A stretch of 64,000 nucleotides of DNA from Nitrosopumilaceae archaeon (lineage in GTDB: Archaea; Thermoproteota; Nitrososphaeria; Nitrososphaerales; Nitrosopumilaceae), in NCBI GenBank assembly GCA_965200155.1, contig CBDATR010000005.1:1-64000 (forward strand), given 5' to 3'. The position numbers and the translations under genes are program-made. The notes beneath the pieces are model-generated. The model had not been told where the DNA came from. It did not search any database and saw only the letters and a list, made by a program, of their open reading frames with translations. Of this stretch, positions 61,984 through 64,000 are shown one piece after another. Positions within the stretch are counted from its first letter, which is position 1. Each line of letters opens with the position of its first letter.

Positions 61984-64000
61984 ATGTTACAATCTACGAA
62001 CCGTAGCAATATCGCACTTAAAGCTTTAATCGGGGGGGGGGGGTCTCCTCCTTGCACTTTTACTAGTATTAGTACCGGCCACTGATCTTGCGTTTGCCTT
62101 ATATATACTAGACATAGAACCACAGAGTGTAGCTGAAGGCGGTACAATTGCGTTTTGGATAGATGTCATGGGTGGCGATGGCGGCCCCATAACATACACC
62201 ATGAAAAACGGCCCACCAGGTGCCACATTACGCTCTTCTACTGGCTACTTTACGTGGACGCCCAGCTTTTATAGCCCATCCTCTGTTACCATAACCGTCA
62301 CCGCCGAGGACAACACACACGGGTGGGACACCGAGGATTTCACCATATCGGTCATTAAGAAAGACCGTCCAATATCCGGTCTTACAGTAACTCCTACCTC
62401 CACTGGTGCCACCGTTACATGGAATCAGTACAAAACTGATACCAAATATGTCGTGGCGTTACGTGATGGAGATGGAGATAGACTTGGGGTAACACGCGTT
62501 ACCGGAACCACACATGATATTACCGGACTGACTCCTGACACCGACTATAGGGTATTTGTCAGAACCATTGGAGACGGCTTTGTCAAGTCCAACCTTGTAT
62601 TCTTTAAGACAAAAGTCCCTCCCCCTAGTTTCACTACTATACCAGACATTACCATGAATGAGGCCGAGAAGAAAACCATACCACTCAGTGTAACCCCTGC
62701 GAGTGATTCTGTCACATATGCAATAACCAAACAGGACGGCACAGCTGCACCCGGATTTGCATACATAGCTCCCATATCTTCTGACGGTGCAATTACAGAC
62801 CACATTGTTTTGCTTCCTGGCAGAACCGATAGTGGACAATATTCACTGCGTGTCACAGCAACTAGTGGTAGCGATCCCATACATGAGGACTTTGTACTTA
62901 CCGTAAATGACGACGTTATAGATCCACCTAGTATCTCAGAAAGAACGCCAAATTCTATAACTATCGAAGTACCTGGAACTGAACCAACAAATTATAAAGA
63001 CTCACCTCTTTGTGTAGTAGCTGATGTCTTTGAATCTTCCCCATGGAAGCTTATGCAGACCGAATCTCTGACTATTCATGGTAACATGACAATCACAAAC
63101 CTCTTACCTAATACTGATTACACCATCAGTGTGGTCAACGAATGCAAAGGTGTAAGTTTAGAAACCTTCGATGTCAATACTGATTCCATCCTCAGATTCA
63201 CTAATACTATACCAGACATTACCATGGACGAGGGTACAACACGTTACATAAAGCTAAATGCAAATGATTATAATGATAGGGACATCAAATATAATTTAAA
63301 GGTCCTGAACGACAAGACATTACCTGGATCTGCAGGAATATCCGGTGGTATCCTCCTTTTGGAGCCTGATAGAACAGCAGCAGGAGAATACACTCTACGT
63401 GTCAAAGCAACTGCTGGCAGCGACATCATACGTGATGAATTTGTACTTACCGTAAGTGATCCTGGTATTGATCCACCCCAAATCAAAACTAAAAATAGCA
63501 CCTCTGTAACTATAGAGGTCGCCTCAGAGGACTATGACGCAAAGAGCATAGCCTGTACAATCGCCGATATCTTCCAAACCTCTTCCGGGCCTTCAAGTGC
63601 TGATTTACATGTGTTCACATCAAACCCTCTAACAATTACGGGCCTCTCACCTGATACTGAATACACCATAATTGTGTCTACAGACTGTGTTCCCGCTGGA
63701 ATTCTGGGAACCCTAAAGTTCACTACATCATCTAGTAGCAGTGATCAGACATCACCTGACGATCAGACATCTTTAACACTAAGTAGAACCATAAGTGGCA
63801 ATGATGTTACTCTAAGCTGGAACGACTTGGCAGATACTACCTATATCGTGGTGGTATTTGATGGGGACAGAGACCGAGTCATTGAAGGCGGAGCAGCACG
63901 CGTATCAACTAACTCCTATACCCTCGAAGACTTAGATGCTGACACATATACGGCATTTGTGAGAACCCCTGGACCCTCAGGAACTCATACCATGTCCAAC
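61984..64000 (+). CDS. Large surface protein with alternating cadherin/Ig-like and FN3 domains; out of frame at G12 tract (62032-62043); runs off window
   Basis: Manual translation: signal peptide GLLLALLLVLVPATDLAFA; ITYTMKNGPPGAT..TGYFTWTP; GLTPDTDY, NLLPNTDY, GLSPDTEY; frame open from 62030 to 64000. Confidence 0.88.

Overview
The window has two unrelated parts joined abruptly at about 8545. Bases 1-8545 are GC-rich bacterial DNA. They carry a coupled minus-strand operon of an SF1/UvrD-like helicase, a DarT1-like DNA ADP-ribosyltransferase (split at an A7 tract) and an ARH/DraG-fold ADP-ribosylglycohydrolase that runs off the window edge and is absent from the ORF track. This operon is the best candidate for an undescribed system. 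An intact IS256, an IS66 tnpA remnant, a Rieske oxygenase, an acyl-CoA dehydrogenase and a truncated cupin follow. Bases 8545-64000 are thaumarchaeal (Nitrosopumilaceae-like, plausibly a host-associated symbiont), with core genes such as top6AB, aIF-2beta, RIO1, rps2/4/8e/13, rpoN, eno, glmS, sat, cysH, hemB, nadX/nadA and tRNA-Leu. This part is full of mobile DNA: 13 copies of a ~92-bp IS66-derived MITE, four decayed IS481 copies (two bracketing a probable 4.4-kb inversion), a second ~248-bp MITE, a 22-bp hairpin micro-element with 5-bp TSDs and recurrent palindromic cassettes. It ends in an FN3/cadherin-like surface protein gene switched out of frame by a G12 tract in its signal peptide. All family calls come from motif recognition by eye; no database searches were run.
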